A stretch of DNA of 63,606 nucleotides, filler included, from Nemertoderma westbladi (GCA_032718475.1; 3 parts of 3 records of this genome joined end to end with filler, not necessarily neighbours in it); one strand, 5' to 3'; shown: positions 38,306 to 51,459, counted from the first letter of the whole stretch. The notes: generated by a model from the sequence alone, not told the origin. Numbers and translations: made by a program.

Positions 38306-40146
38306 ATTATATCAGATGGGAGACATTTCGTTTGGTTGATGCAATAGACTTAGATGTTGCCATGACCACCGGGCTTATTCATTACTATTCTAAATCTATA
38401 TGTAGATTATCATGGTATATAGATGTAGAAGAACTCGTGGGAGTTAGTTTTATATTGTAGTTGTGGGTAATGATTGATAATGTTGTGTTGCTTATTTTAT
38501 GATTTATCTATTGTATTGTATACATCAATTTATATTATTGGCTGCCTAATCTATGTCAGTTCCATAAGAGTTGATTTATCCACATTCGTTGTTTGGCGAT
38601 CTTCCCAAAGTAAATGTCAGTGCTATTATTCTTCCATAACCCTCCATAAAGAGAGATTAGTAATTCACTAGATTGATTAGGCGTAGGCCTAGCCGTGAAT
38701 AATGTTGGCACACTGTAGCCGAGTTTCTTTCATATGTATGTTTTTTGTAATTTTACTTGGTGTATTTTCGTGAATTTGGTAGCTTGTAGACCTTTTCCTT
38801 TATATATTTTGATAATTGTTTCTTTAGACTTGCTGGTGCATAATTATGTTTTTCTTACACAAGTAAACGTTTAACTAGTCAATAATTACTTAGTTAACTT
38901 TTAGTAGCAGTAACAATTATATGTTGTTAGTGTTTTCGTTGGGGCTTAAGTGGTTACTATTCCTAACTAATAAATTTATTATCAATGTTTGTGATTATTG
39001 TTTATAATTTTTTCGTAATAATGTGCCAACGATTCCCACATGACTGTATATGCTTCACTTTTTAATTTGACTCCTCCGGCGTGGTAGTTTTCTATAAATT
39101 ATGTACAGCGATGCAACTAATAGAGTGAGTATGCAATCATGCTTGCAAATGTTTGTACGATATTGATCGAAATTCTAGTGAAATTATTTACATATTATCA
39201 CAAGCCAATAAAATTGATCTGTATTATCATATTACCTTGCATGAAATTATAATAAATGCTTTGGGTAATTTGGGAAGTTCTAATAGTCATCAATAATCGC
39301 ATTATGGATTCTTCAAAAGTTTCTGAGTGTAATCGAGAAGATTTTTGAGAAGTTATGAATGATCGTGTTATTATAATATCTTGGCTATATTTACGTTTTG
39401 TATGGCCAAATTGATTTCAACAATTTTCATGAAGTTGCATACAGTCTAATTGATTTCAATCTTCAATTCCTGGTGTCATGTTAATCTTAATAGAAAAAAC
39501 CACTCCAAAAAACGAAGTGGGTGTGTTGAATTCAACTTCTAGCCAATATACTTTAAATATCTACTCTCAGTTCACATAATAAATTTTCTCCAGCGGAGAT
39601 ATTAAATTATTTTAAAAGTGTGTCGTCATAAGGTGTGGTGAGTTCGTGAGTTCTACTGAAATTAAATATAAAATTCGTACATTTATTTAACAGTCCAATT
39701 CTCACCATAATAATGGCTGAACTGTTGAAAAAGGTTCTCCAAACGATTTTTGTATGCCAATTACGTAAATTCCTTAACAACGATAGGCCTATTCATGGGC
39801 ATCCATCAGTCGGATTACTGAAGTCGTTCAAACTTCTACTAAATTCACACAAAACATTTACTATATTTGGCCTATACATATTATACATCCGTACCAGGTT
39901 CAGTGAAAACAAACGCAAAATCGCGCAAAAGTCTGCGTCTACTAACGGATGAACTGTCTCCTTGAATGGCTTACTACCAATCTTACTACAAAAAAATTAA
40001 CCGGGTAGGGGGATTGAACTCTCTACGTAGATTGTTCGTATTGATACCTACATGTAGATAGATACAATGCACACAACATAATAATGTACTATACATACAA
40101 CCGCAAAATAATTTATTCGCTTGTAATTGTTTACCGGCTTTCGCAG

Positions 40147-40295
40147 GGTTACCAGCTATCAGCCGATGTTGCTCCCTTCGTTCCAGCTCAGTTCGAGCAG
40201 CTAAGAGAGAGATACGATATCGGCGTAACTTCACAGCCCAATGTACCGTATCACATTGCTAGCGGCTACACTCACCAATATCCACAATATCATAG
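40147..40295 (+). CDS. SECISBP2L: Probable SECIS-binding protein 2 (SBP2/SBP2L), internal exon with PAM2-like motif
   Basis: tcgcag|GYQLSADVAPFVPAQ...QYH R|gtggg. LSADVxPFVP matches the recalled SBP2/SBP2L N-terminus (KLSADVKPFVP / KLSAEVEPFIP). Confidence 0.6.
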
Positions 40296-41202
40296 GTGGG
40301 CATATATTATTCATTATATCTAGTCATTCTAATGATGGAATGGTTTGCGTATATATAATATACGGTGTGTAATATGCACGCACATGCATGTTTGCTTTGT
40401 CTATACTTTATATGACTTCGTTTTACTTTGAGTAACTTATGATACTTAGTAGAAATGAGAATACCCCTCAAGGTTTAGCTACTAGATTTTAATCGGTCCT
40501 TTTAATAGGAGGAGTTCCGAGAAGGTAGAGAGTAAGTCTTGTATTTATTATTTTTATTGGTTCTTATCATAGCGTGGCGTGGATCCTATTTATGTTCTTG
40601 CTTATCTCTTCAGTACATAGTAACTCCGTCAATATTTTGCGCGGTTATTGATTTAATATGGAGTTTTGATGTTATCTCTATTAAACTACTATCTAATATA
40701 TATCACTCTGCGGTATCGATTCAGTGGGTAATATTTCGTTGCGTTTGTGTAGCAGCAGGCCACGAATGCAAAACAGTACTTGTAAGGGCGGCTCATTTAC
40801 ACCGCAGTCGCGGCCAATTATATCCGACTTAATCAATTACCATCGGTTTATTTGTGGGGGTGCGGGCTGCTAAATGTTTCATGTAGATTGTAGGTAGACA
40901 TATTTGTATACAGACAGAGCCGTTATACCGGTACTCATATTTTTATTTTGTATCACAGCTGCTAGTTACGATTTGTGTTTGTCAATGACGTAATTTGAAG
41001 ACTTTCACAGTTCTCACTCGAACCATTGGAGAATGTTGACCTGGATGGCCCTAGTTTTGTTTTATAGACCAGACATCAATTATTATTGATCCTTTTTTCG
41101 TTACATTGTGGCTAATTTATACAATGTATGTAATATTATAAAATATACCTTTTTTTATATATTTTTGTATCATTTCTATACAACTGGGTTTATATGTTAC
41201 AG

Positions 41203-41390
41203 ATCTGATGTGGCCGGAAGCGAGTATACTAATTGGAACCCAGTTAACGGCGATCTACTCAGCAATAAGTACCACATCTACCCGGCCTACTTCCACCCAC
41301 TCCAGGGTGGTGTAGGCCCAGTGCAGTACAACAGACCTACACCACCAGTAGAACCACTCAATATCGCTAACCAATACTCCAACTGCAATG
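41203..41390 (+). CDS. SECISBP2L: Probable SBP2/SBP2L, next exon (P/Y/N-rich)
   Basis: gttacag|A TCT GAT...AAT G|gtaagt; phase-compatible with the previous exon. Confidence 0.6.
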
Positions 41391-44300
41391 GTAAGTCAGT
41401 ATATTTTTTTCCTTCCATAGAAAAGACGTTTAACAATCAAATAATTTTTTCTCACTTATTTTTCATTATTTTCACGGCTTACTTAGCGACTTTATTGAAT
41501 ATAATTAGAATGTAATTTGTAATTACAATAAGAATAAACCCATATCGTTAATATTAATCGGTACGGTACTAACGCTTCCACTGTCCCATATATGGATTAA
41601 TATGTAGATACATTGAGCTCGTGTTGATGGTTTCAACCTTGAATAATTCTTCTGCTTTCTGTGAAGATCTCCCCCACCCTAGGACCCAGTCACTGGAGTA
41701 TGGAGCTTAACTGTACGGGCGTGGCTTATCCAAGGCGATTTCATTCCGCGTCTGAGTTACATGGAATAACGTCGAGTGGTACATCAGGCTGCTTGATTGC
41801 TTATAATTGTAATTCCGTTGGAGGAATTGTGTTTAACTTAAGGAGGATTTTATCCCTCATTGACAATAATGACGTCATTCTAGTGACTATTTTTATGCAT
41901 AAATAAATAACACTGTATTCTGGTACCACTTTACGTAAACACATTATTTATCAAAATCGTATAGCAGATATAATAAACTGTGTCACATTTAATTGTAAGT
42001 CCTCTAGGAGTCTTCTCATTGTATCTAATTAAACTACCGGCATCTCAATGGTAGTAAGTAAAACTATAAGTTGGGCAGCGATTATAACGAAACGTTGTTG
42101 GAAGCGGCGAGTCGAGGGAGGGGAGGTGGGTGCTAAACGTATCCCCCCCCCCCCCCCCCCCCCCCCTCTCAACACTTTTTTAAGTATATACAATTTCTAC
42201 TGAAATTAAAATATTTTGATTTTATACCGTATGGGCTGTTAAAATATGGCTAAACATTTGTTTTTTCAAAAAATTTAAAATTTCCAGTCGCCCTCTAGCG
42301 GCCATTGAATTAAACAATATTTGCGGTTAAAATGCTACTAGTCATTCAATATGAGGGGAATTTGGCTGAAACAACTTTTTTCGAATTACGGAGGAGAGCG
42401 CCACAAAAGTTATCGGTTAAAATTTTTTTTAGCGTTTTTATGAAAAAAATTAATATTTATTAATATTTCGCAAAAATTTCACAAATTTTTGGCTCTAATC
42501 TGAAAAAATGGCGGTAAAAACAGAAATATAAAAATTCTAACCGATAACTTTTAAAGAACTGCCGGAACCATTTCGAATGAACCAAAATAAAGTTATAACT
42601 CGAGAACTAAATGATGTCTCACTAAGCGGTTTTAATGTAATCCCCATTAAAATTTGCTCTAGACGAAATAAAGAAACAACAATTGAAAATTTGAGCACAG
42701 GGGGGGGGGGGGGTATATACGGTATATACTATATAGGGTATATATAAAAAATATATACGAGTAACAGAATACATACAGAGTGGGAATAATAGTTGTTTTT
42801 GGAATAGTTCTACAGGAATTGTTCAGATTCTCCTTGAATATCCTAATAATAAAGTAGTTCTTATTGATAGTTCTCATTGAAATTTTAATTTAATTCAATC
42901 ATTCATTTGCAATTCAGATTTAAAAGCATTTTAACAATTCGTAAACAATTAAACTCCAATAAAATAAACTCTTAATTTTTGTTTTCGAATGTCCTTTAGC
43001 ATTTGTTCGAGTTGCATTTACAGTATGTTTAGCGACATGTAGAGCGTTTATAACGCGTCAAGTCTTATCAGTACCTACCATGAGTCCGCCCAGCAAGCTT
43101 CCCTTTACTTATTCTTGTACTCGTCAACGCGCTAGTGTAGTTGGCTCCACACTATTCCTAAGCAAACCTACTCTTGAACGCTGCTGTGGCTGTGTATATA
43201 AAAGAATATATCCCTAGTACTGTAGTCACATATTCCAATTGTTTTAGCATACGCATGCAACTCTGTATAAACCACCCAATGTTCTACTGCCTATGCCAAT
43301 GTCACCTGCTAGTCTAGTAATACTGTTGGAATAATAGCCCTTACATGATTTCACCCATGTTCTCCATTCCTTACAGCGTTTGGAACATTTTCTACTGCCA
43401 ACTGAGTATAAAAACCCTTACAATAGTTCGACCCCTCTCTCCATTCCTTACATGATTTCAACGTCCAATCAAATATTAGATCATTAACCAATCCCAGGCG
43501 CCAATTCAAGATGTGCTCCAGGATCCTACAAGTGTAAGGATTGGTAATACGCCCCCGGGCGAAAGTCCGAAGGGGGCGAAAATTCGCGGATCCAGTGTAG
43601 AGGCATGGGGCGCTGCGGACCACAGTTTTTGAGAAATTAAGTCGACCAGTCTAGCTCCACAATACCTCCCACGCCATCCTATTAATGTGTTAAAATAATT
43701 ATTGACTTGACTGTTATTACAGTTCCACAAACAAACATGTATTTTTATTTCGTTTTTCGTTTGTTTAATATTTTTTCGTTGCGGTTTTTTTTGGTTTCGT
43801 TATTGCTAAATATGCTTCGTTTCGTTATGCCATCCCTGGCTCGGAGTAGGAATCTCCATTATAATTAAATATGTAATAGGCCTAGTCATTTCATTATATT
43901 TTTTTCCTAAAGATATTCACATTCAGATGTCCAAACTGGGGAGGGGGGGGGGGGGGGGGTGGTGGTTGTCATAAAATCCTAACATTTTCGCACACGCACA
44001 AGGGGAGCGGGAGTCTAAAAATGAGCGATTTTGTCCGACGTCGTCCTTTTTTGAATGGCTCCGAACCGAACAATTTATGTCTTTCATAATAATATACCAG
44101 GATACACAGGGATTTTTTCTAAATATGTTAGTGAAATTTAAAAATAAAAATTGTGATTTCTAAATTTTTAAGACTTGTTTAGAAATATTTCTAAAACTAA
44201 AAATTTAAAATTATAAATTTTACTGTACAGAGATTGAAATAAGAACACAGCTACAAATCAGAATTTAACATTAGCCATATTTAATTGTTGTTTGTTTATT

Positions 44301-44454
44301 GTTCATTCGCCCTAATCGAATCCTTGAATCTCCAAACTTCTACAATATGAAATACTCTAATTTGTGGAACTGGAATTGTTTCTAAGTATATTGATATAAA
44401 CTGTGTTATAGTCTAAGAGTGTTTTTTGTTGCACTGAACAGAATTCACTCTTAC

Positions 44455-47035
44455 TTAAGTCAACAAAGATAACAGCCAGATGCCTGTCTTTCTTTTTTGA
44501 TAACTGTTCAATTATCCTTCTAAGTGCCAAAATGGGTTCCATGGTCCCACGACCTTTACGGAACCCATTCTGATTTCCACGAAGCAGTCTCTCGGAACCC
44601 TGATGCGATTTAATAGAATTCTATTGTATAGCTTTGCAGCAATCGAGATCAATGAGATTCCCCGAAAATAGTGTTAGGTTGCCCATCTTGGGAACTGGCT
44701 CCAACTTATTTGTTTTCATTTCTTGTGGGACTCTTGTTGTTCTGTACATGTCTACTATGATGGGATAGATGAGCTTTAAACACGCAGGTATTTTAAAGAC
44801 CTCAGGAGGAACACCATCTACTCCACTGGCACGATTGGTCTTAATACTCTTTGCAGCAGCCTTCACTTCTACAAAGGAGATATCGCCATTGGGATTATCT
44901 GGGAATACAGACTCAGACACTTTTACTTCTATAAAGTTATCAGGCAATACCCTGTCATTATGGAGGAGCTTTTCAAAGTGGGCCTTCCAACCATTGAGGC
45001 GATCAGCTGGTGATTCTGCCTTAACCTTGGTGGTTGGTTGGCTTTTCCGCCCAGTAAGCAAGTTGATCGATTTCCATGCCTGGGATGATTGCCTGCTGTC
45101 GTCAGCATCATTGATGGCATCAACCTGTTGGTTTATTAGCTCCTGTAGATTAACAGAGTACTGCCTGTTCAGGGACCTAGATGCAGCTTTAACTGCATTC
45201 TTGGCCGCTGTAGTCTGTTTGAGTCGGGACTCTTTTTGCGCCTTATAGGGGTCGTTTCGGCACTTCTGAATTTTGTGGTCAGTCCAGGGGGCCCTTTTCC
45301 TGTTTCGAGGGTATACAGGAACTGTTTCTGCAGCTGCTAACTAACCGCTTATGTGAAGGCAGTATAGCCCTCGCAGTGATCTGCAGCCTCAGAGGCAAGA
45401 ACCTCATACCTGTTGCTCAGCTGTAGTGTGAAGCTGGATCTAACACTTGGCTGTTGCAACAGAGAGGGCCAGTCATGCCGCGGCAAGGCAGATTTCGTTG
45501 TTCTGCTAGCACGCAGACTAAGTCTTACCTTACCCGCCTTATAAGGCGGTGATCAATGGAGAAGGGTCGAAGTGTAAATGCATTACAGTCTTTTATAGAG
45601 CTCCTGTATTTCCTACGAAACAGAATATGGTCTTTCTGGGACTTGTGACCACTGGGTCCACTATGAGTCCATAGCTTTCCAGTTCGCTTCTTGAACTGGG
45701 TTCCAGCCGAAAACAATCCATTTCCAAAGATAAAATCCTGAAGAACTTAATCGAGTTAGGGTTGGGAGGGGGGAAAAACGAGAGGTCAGATCTTTAGGGT
45801 GATCGAAAACTCGATTATGTTTACCCCGGTGATCTGGGCCCGTAACTATCTTTGTAGAAATCCTGAAGATGGACGGAATTTCGGTTAACACTATCGCTAT
45901 AGACCCAGGGCGATGTAAGTGATTGATGCAGACTTGCATTAAAGTCTACCAGGAATGTTAAGAATGCATGCTGATCCACTCCATCAGTAGCTGCTTGTAG
46001 GTTGTGGTAGAAATTTTCCACCTCCTGTACGGGGGCAACACTAGTTGGAGAGTAGCACACAATCAGGATCACCTTAGGAAACTTCTTAGCCAGTCTTCCA
46101 GAACATGAGAAATGGTAATGGATGATGCGGTTAGAGATTTGGTCTATTTTGTACAATGCTGCATGTGCAGTTGGATTCATCAAAATACCAATTCCACCAT
46201 TGCCACTATCATCTGCTGATGCGAGGGCGAGTTGCCAACCGCCCCCGATGTCCTTAGTCAGAACCTCATCAGTCTGTCCTGTCCGCATTCGGTGCTCTTG
46301 AATACCCACTGCACTAAGAGAAAGCTTATCTGCCATGGCAGTCAGTCTGCTGGCCTCCCTGGTGACCCAGGGTTTGGGCCAGAAAGGTTATCAGGAAAGG
46401 GACTCACAGAATTGTTGGCCGCTCTCTCTCTAGTAGGGGTTGAGACAGGCAGCCGGTCAGGAGATAACTGACGCCTGTGAGGCCGATTGTGTCCGGTAAT
46501 TCCACTGGCCTCTAGTGGCCGGACCTCCGCATTGTTAATGTAATCCATAGTGGGGGTTGGGGGGTGCTTTTTGCCGAGTCAGCTCTCGGGGCAACTACCA
46601 CACCCTGGTTTGACATTCCACAGTATGGGTGTCGCAGTGGAGTCAGATATGAGGCCTATCACTCATACCTACTCTGACGCACATGACCCACCATTGGCTG
46701 TGCAGCTCATCAGCTGGGCCATGCCCTGTACCCCTGCTGCCAGGTGCAGGTCGTAGTGAAGTGCACTCAGAGTGGACATGAGAACACTCTACTCCTGACC
46801 AGCCATTGGTAGATCACCATCAGCCTGGCCAGGCCATATACCCCTGCAGCCAAGTATATGGGTCCTTAATCCAGGATCAAGGGCGTCCTTATACCAGAAC
46901 GAAGGGGGTCCTAGTTACGGGACCAAATTTCCCTAGTAAGAGGGACTATGCAGCCACAGGTGGCACCTCCTTTATGCTGCATGGAGGTGGCAAGTTTTCT
47001 TGATCAATGACCTAGAATACCTGACCTGACCTGGG
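44455..47035 (-). mobile_element. RTE-clade LINE: 5' UTR, APE and the first half of RT; 3'-truncated and decayed
   Basis: AVGIQEHR, GGIGILM, VCYSPT, VDFNA, GKLWTH, KDHIL, IDHRL (APE); WKAHFEKLL, RASGVDGVPPE, NGFRKGR, IFVDLSK (RT). Stops and frameshifts present. Confidence 0.92.
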
Positions 47036-47865
47036 CAGAGTTGCACTGAACAGAGTTCACTCTTACTTACGGAGGAAACAACCGCAAATGCATGGGACAT
47101 GTCGCAAGAAATGCGAATGTTTTTTTAATTTTCGAATAGTACGAAATGGCTTCATTAAGGGGGTGGTGGGGGGGGGGGGGGGGGGGGGGGGGGGGGTGGC
47201 GGTGGCGGTGGGTGTGGCAATGGTTCTAATTTTAAAGCATTTTGTAATGCTTATTGCCCCAAAATACACAAATAAGTAGAATTAAACTGTAACATTCATT
47301 GTGGACTATATTGAAATTAAATTATTAAAAAAATTATTTTTTTATGCAACTTGGTGGCCGCAGCCCCGAATTCATATTTTTGACTTTTTCATATTTCTTC
47401 TCAACCTGTTTTGTGGAATCACAATGGTGGATTACATGAAAACATTCGAGTATCTCTTTCGCAATTCTCAAGGAAACTTATGAAAAATAATTGCTGGTGT
47501 TAATTAGGTTTTTAGGTACACAGTTACCAGGTCGGTCAGTCTGTAGTAGAAAGGGACCAAGTGGCAAGTACAACTAATTGGATGAAATACACGACTAATA
47601 TTGATATATTATCAGGATTAGCAGGATTTACCGTATGAGAAAATAAAGTAGAAAACAAGCAATACAGCAGTATCTCATGGCCCCACGTTTCACTTTCTCA
47701 ATACATTCACGCCATTGGAAAAATTATTTTGGTTTCCTTGACAAAATTCAATTTTTCTAAATTTCTTCTAACCGTTTAGAAACTTTTCGCGGTGAACATT
47801 TTGAAAAAAAAACCTGCCAGGATATAATATTTCGGCTCAACTATTCATTGATTTCTCTGTTTCAG

Positions 47866-48096
47866 GAAACAACGATAATTGTAACGCGATATACAGTAGC
47901 TACCTTGAGAACGGTTCCTAGGTAACGGTTCGCTGGTCGCCCTTGTCCCCCGGCAGTTCTATAAACCTGGCGTCTATAATCTCCTCCCCACCACTCCCCT
48001 CCCCCCTCGAACATCCCGGTTCTGGGTACCGATACCAGCAGTGAGAGCAGCGGGTTCAGTGGATTTCACACCGCAGGGAGGTCAGCAACTAAAAAG
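47866..48096 (+). CDS. SECISBP2L: Probable SBP2/SBP2L exon, apparently with frame-disrupting indels
   Basis: Strong acceptor tttctctgtttcag and donor AAG|gttcgc fit phases 1 and 0, but two frame changes are needed (near 47918 and 47981, both in C-runs). Confidence 0.35.
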
Positions 48097-48422
48097 GTTC
48101 GCTCACAAATATTTATTCATATTGATATATTCCTTAAAACACTAGCTATACTTATATTCGAAACATGATTATTAATTAATTTGAAAATTGTTAAATTCTA
48201 CCTGTACAATATATTCTTGGACCAGATTACAAGATTACACAGACATATAATTCCGGTTAGGAAAACAAAATTGTAAGTTAGTCCATTTCATGGACTTAGT
48301 CCATTCAACATTTACTCCTAATTTTATCTGCAGTTCAGTTAAGGGTGTCCCAGATCCTTCCTAACAACAATACAGTTTCTATTCTCGTCACACTGCTGTA
48401 CTTTTCACTTTCCCCCCCGCAG

Positions 48423-48478
48423 GATAAGAAGACACAATCATTAATCTCTGATAATGAGACCGATAAATCCGACGAGAG
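48423..48478 (+). CDS. SECISBP2L: Probable SBP2/SBP2L small exon
   Basis: ctttcccccccgcag|DKKTQSLISDNETDKSDE R|gtatag; phase 2 matches the next exon. Confidence 0.5.
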
Positions 48479-48684
48479 GTATAGAACTGTTATATTTCGG
48501 GAAACTAAATGCCAGACAGACTTCCCACCCGAGATTTCTTGCAGAAGCCTTCTAAATTACTCTCCTTTATATAAGGTTAGTTATTAGTGGGGTTAGTTAG
48601 ATGTCGTATACAACATATTTATACTGTATGAGCAAAGTCAACGTTTACTTATTGGTGTGTGGGGCGAGCCACGATTTTTATTTT

Positions 48685-48743
48685 GACATTCTAATAACTA
48701 TTAAAGCTGTCGACTCGACAGCTTTAATAGGTATTAGAATGTC
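48685..48743. repeat. ~29-bp-stem hairpin, probably a Helentron/HINE terminus
   Basis: gacattctaataactattaaagctgtcga-c-tcgacagctttaataggtattagaatgtc, next to a HINE-like end (gtggggcgagccacg, ~48659-48673). Confidence 0.7.
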
Positions 48744-49596
48744 GAGTTAAAATTTTGTGGTCAACAATTCGCTTATATTATTACTTATTATTCTTTCGAT
48801 TTACCATTTAATGTATTAAATCAAATAAATAAATAAATAAATATAATAAAATAAATATAATTTGTTTATCTCACGTCCGGCGCGGATGCCCCACTCCGTG
48901 TAGACTAGGGATGAGGTTCCATCGGTTCATACATTCTGGCTCACTGAGGTCTGTTTTCTAAGTCTATTCGGCACATAAACGAAGATCACTTAGCCTTGCA
49001 TAACTATCAACAGTAGACACTAGGAAATAAACAGCAGAATAGGTCCCCAAATGGTAGTAGCGATAGCTTGTCTCTGTTAAAAACTGTGTCCGATTAAGAG
49101 TTTAATAAATATATTAGCCAATCTCCAGGCCGCTCCCCACGTAAATTATCTTTGATGGCGGCGGTATTCAGCAAGCGAAGTAAGAACGAAACGAAAGCAA
49201 AGGAGAAGCTAAAATCTAATTGTAGATCTCGATTATCGTTTGCTACAGAAATACTCTCGTAGCCCTTCTACAATGCGGTGCGCTGCTAAATATGGACGTT
49301 TAGCTTCAACTGGTGTTAGTTCGCCTCGGGACCTAGGCAGTCCAACCATTCGGGACGCAATTTGCGACAAATAAATTTGTATTCTACTTTCTTGCTCTTT
49401 TCACCGATTTGTAGCCGAACCAACTTTTTGGAGGTTTGAAATTATATGCATCTCCTACAAAACAAGTGAATTAGAGGGAACTTTTATTTCTAAATTTACT
49501 TTTCTGTGCCGTGTGATAGTTCTCCGACAGTGTTTCAGTTTTTATTTGAACCGCAGTATTAGGCCTACCTGTACAGTTAATTGGCCACACCACATA

Positions 49597-51132
49597 GGGT
49601 AGGTGTAAAAACGCGGACCCGGATTCATATCCGGGAAGTAGTGTAAAACGCGGATTCAAATATATAATTATTGGTGAATGCAATGTTACTGGATCGGTGA
49701 AAGATAGTTAATAAAAGTTATGTATAAATAAATTGGATTTAGTATAAATAGAATAATTGAGTAAAAATAATTGAGTATAATTAAATTATAAATAAATTAT
49801 AAGTAACTACAACGTATGATTGATGATAACATCATAATACCTAAATAATAATCATAATAATGTAAGAGCTTGGTTACTAGTTTTTGGCCACTCGTTTCAG
49901 CGTCTAGAGTAATTAGTCGATAACTGTACATATGAATTTCAATCCAATAAAAAAATACCTTCCTAACATAAATCTCTTAAACTAATTAAAGATTTTAGAA
50001 TTATGAAATTTGCCATACACTCAATGATAGAAACACCAGTTGATGGGCTCAAGATGGCCTAGTAAGCCAATTACTATTAATTGAATGGAAGATAGGCCCA
50101 AAACGGCAGAGAAGTACATTATACTTGCATTACATTACATTAAGTTTATTACTACCTCACTCTAACCCAGACAGTGAGAAAAATCAACTGTTAGTTTGTT
50201 ACGTATTACCCCGCCAGCTGAATAGCTCTTCCCAGTGAATCCTATGGGAATATCTGTAAGGTTACTCGCTGCTATGTTAGGTGGGAGGCCAGCTGATTGA
50301 ATTTTAATCACTGGGCCGTTCAAATGTTTTATAGGTTAATTAATAATGACATGTAGGAAGGGGCAGGTATTACTTTCTCTCAGACTGTAAGCAAAGATGC
50401 ACACGTTCGTGTGGCGTCGCGCAGCACGGGAACTTAAGCAAGTTCGATTTGATATGGAGTAAAAAGTTCGAGAGGTATTTACCCGTAAATTTAAAAAATA
50501 TTGGAACTTTTTCTCTAGTATGTCCATACAAAATTTGGTTGAAAATGGTTAAAATCTTCAAAAGTTATTTACGAATGAATATTTCGTAGCAGATAACAGA
50601 CAGACGGACGGACATGAAATTTGTCCTATTTACTAATTATAATTGTGCACTAAGGCTCGCCCTGCCTGCGTGGCTCGTCCCACAATATTGGGGATTCAGC
50701 GTTTTACACCCCTTCCCGAATCCAGTAACATTTGGCAATTAACCTGAATCCGCGTTTTAAACCCCTTCCCCGGATCCAGTAACATTTGGCAATTAACCTG
50801 AATCCGTTTTAAACCCCTTCCCGGATCCAGTAACATTTGGCAATTAACCTGAATCCGCGTTTTACACCCCTTCCCCGATTCAGTAACATTTGGTAATTAA
50901 CCTGAATCCGCGTTTTTACACCCTTCCCGGATCCAGTAACATTGGAATCCGCGTTTTACACCCCTTCCCGGATTCAGTAGTATATAGTAGTTCTTAATGT
51001 TATTTCGTAGTTTGTAATTGTCAGTGCCGGATCCGCAAATTACACCCTAAAAATGTAAAACCAGTCGACATCAATTAGGAACAATGTTAAATGATAGAAT
51101 ATGGATCCGGATCTGCGTTTTACTCTGACCCG
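49597..51132. mobile_element. Mutator-like non-autonomous element with 9-bp TSD and a ~52-bp tandem array
   Basis: TSD caccacata (49588-49596, 51133-51141). Imperfect TIR gggtaggtgtaaaaacgcggacccggattcatat / atatggatccggatctgcgttttactctgacccg. About 6 copies of ccgcgttttacaccccttcccggatccagtaacatttggcaattaacctgaat at ~50695-50980. Confidence 0.8.
50401..50685. mobile_element. HINE-like element nested in the MULE-like element
   Basis: Starts acacgttcgtgtggcgtcgcgcagcacg, contains cagacagacggacggacatg and ends taaggctcgccc...ctcgtcccaca, like 1341-1950. Confidence 0.6.
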
Positions 51133-51241
51133 CACCACATATTCAATATATCCAAGCCGAATATCTGTAGTAGTTAGGAGATGCTGTAAGTTGAGCTGGT
51201 GATATTATTCCCATGTAACTTTATAATTGTTTTATTTCTAG

Positions 51242-51359
51242 GGTAAATTACGTCGTCATTCGGTCAAGGAAGGGTAAGACTGCGACTGCCTCTGATAGCG
51301 ACAAAAGTCAAGGTCAGATTGTGGATACTGATAGCGGATACAGCGTCCGCAATCCTGTA
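51242..51359 (+). CDS. SECISBP2L: Probable SBP2L exon, cut by the assembly gap
   Basis: tttatttctag|G; RVNYVVIRSRKGKTATASDSDKSQGQIVDTDSGYSVRNPV resembles the recalled SBP2L KGRRRR...EADIDSDSGYCSP segment. Confidence 0.55.
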
Positions 51360-51459
51360 NNNNNNNNNNNNNNNNNNNNNNNNNNNNNNNNNNNNNNNNN
51401 NNNTTAATTAATTAANNNNNNNNNNNNNNNNNNNNNNNNNNNNNNNNNNNNNNNNNNNN
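51360..51459. other. Assembly gap with artificial six-frame-stop spacer
   Basis: N44-TTAATTAATTAA-N44. Confidence 0.97.

Noticed and set aside
47063-47279. Poly-Pro/poly-Gly ORFs (also 3126-3350 and 51734-52056)
   Set aside because: They arise from G/C homopolymer runs within repeats.
47919-48044. In-frame TAG/TGA in the SBP2L-like exon as possible readthrough or selenocysteine
   Set aside because: Indels in C homopolymers explain the frames better; no SECIS was identified.
50695-50980. Regular repeats resembling a CRISPR array (also 34231-34478 and 62251-62363)
   Set aside because: Whole units repeat head to tail with no unique spacers, there are no cas genes, and the context is eukaryotic.
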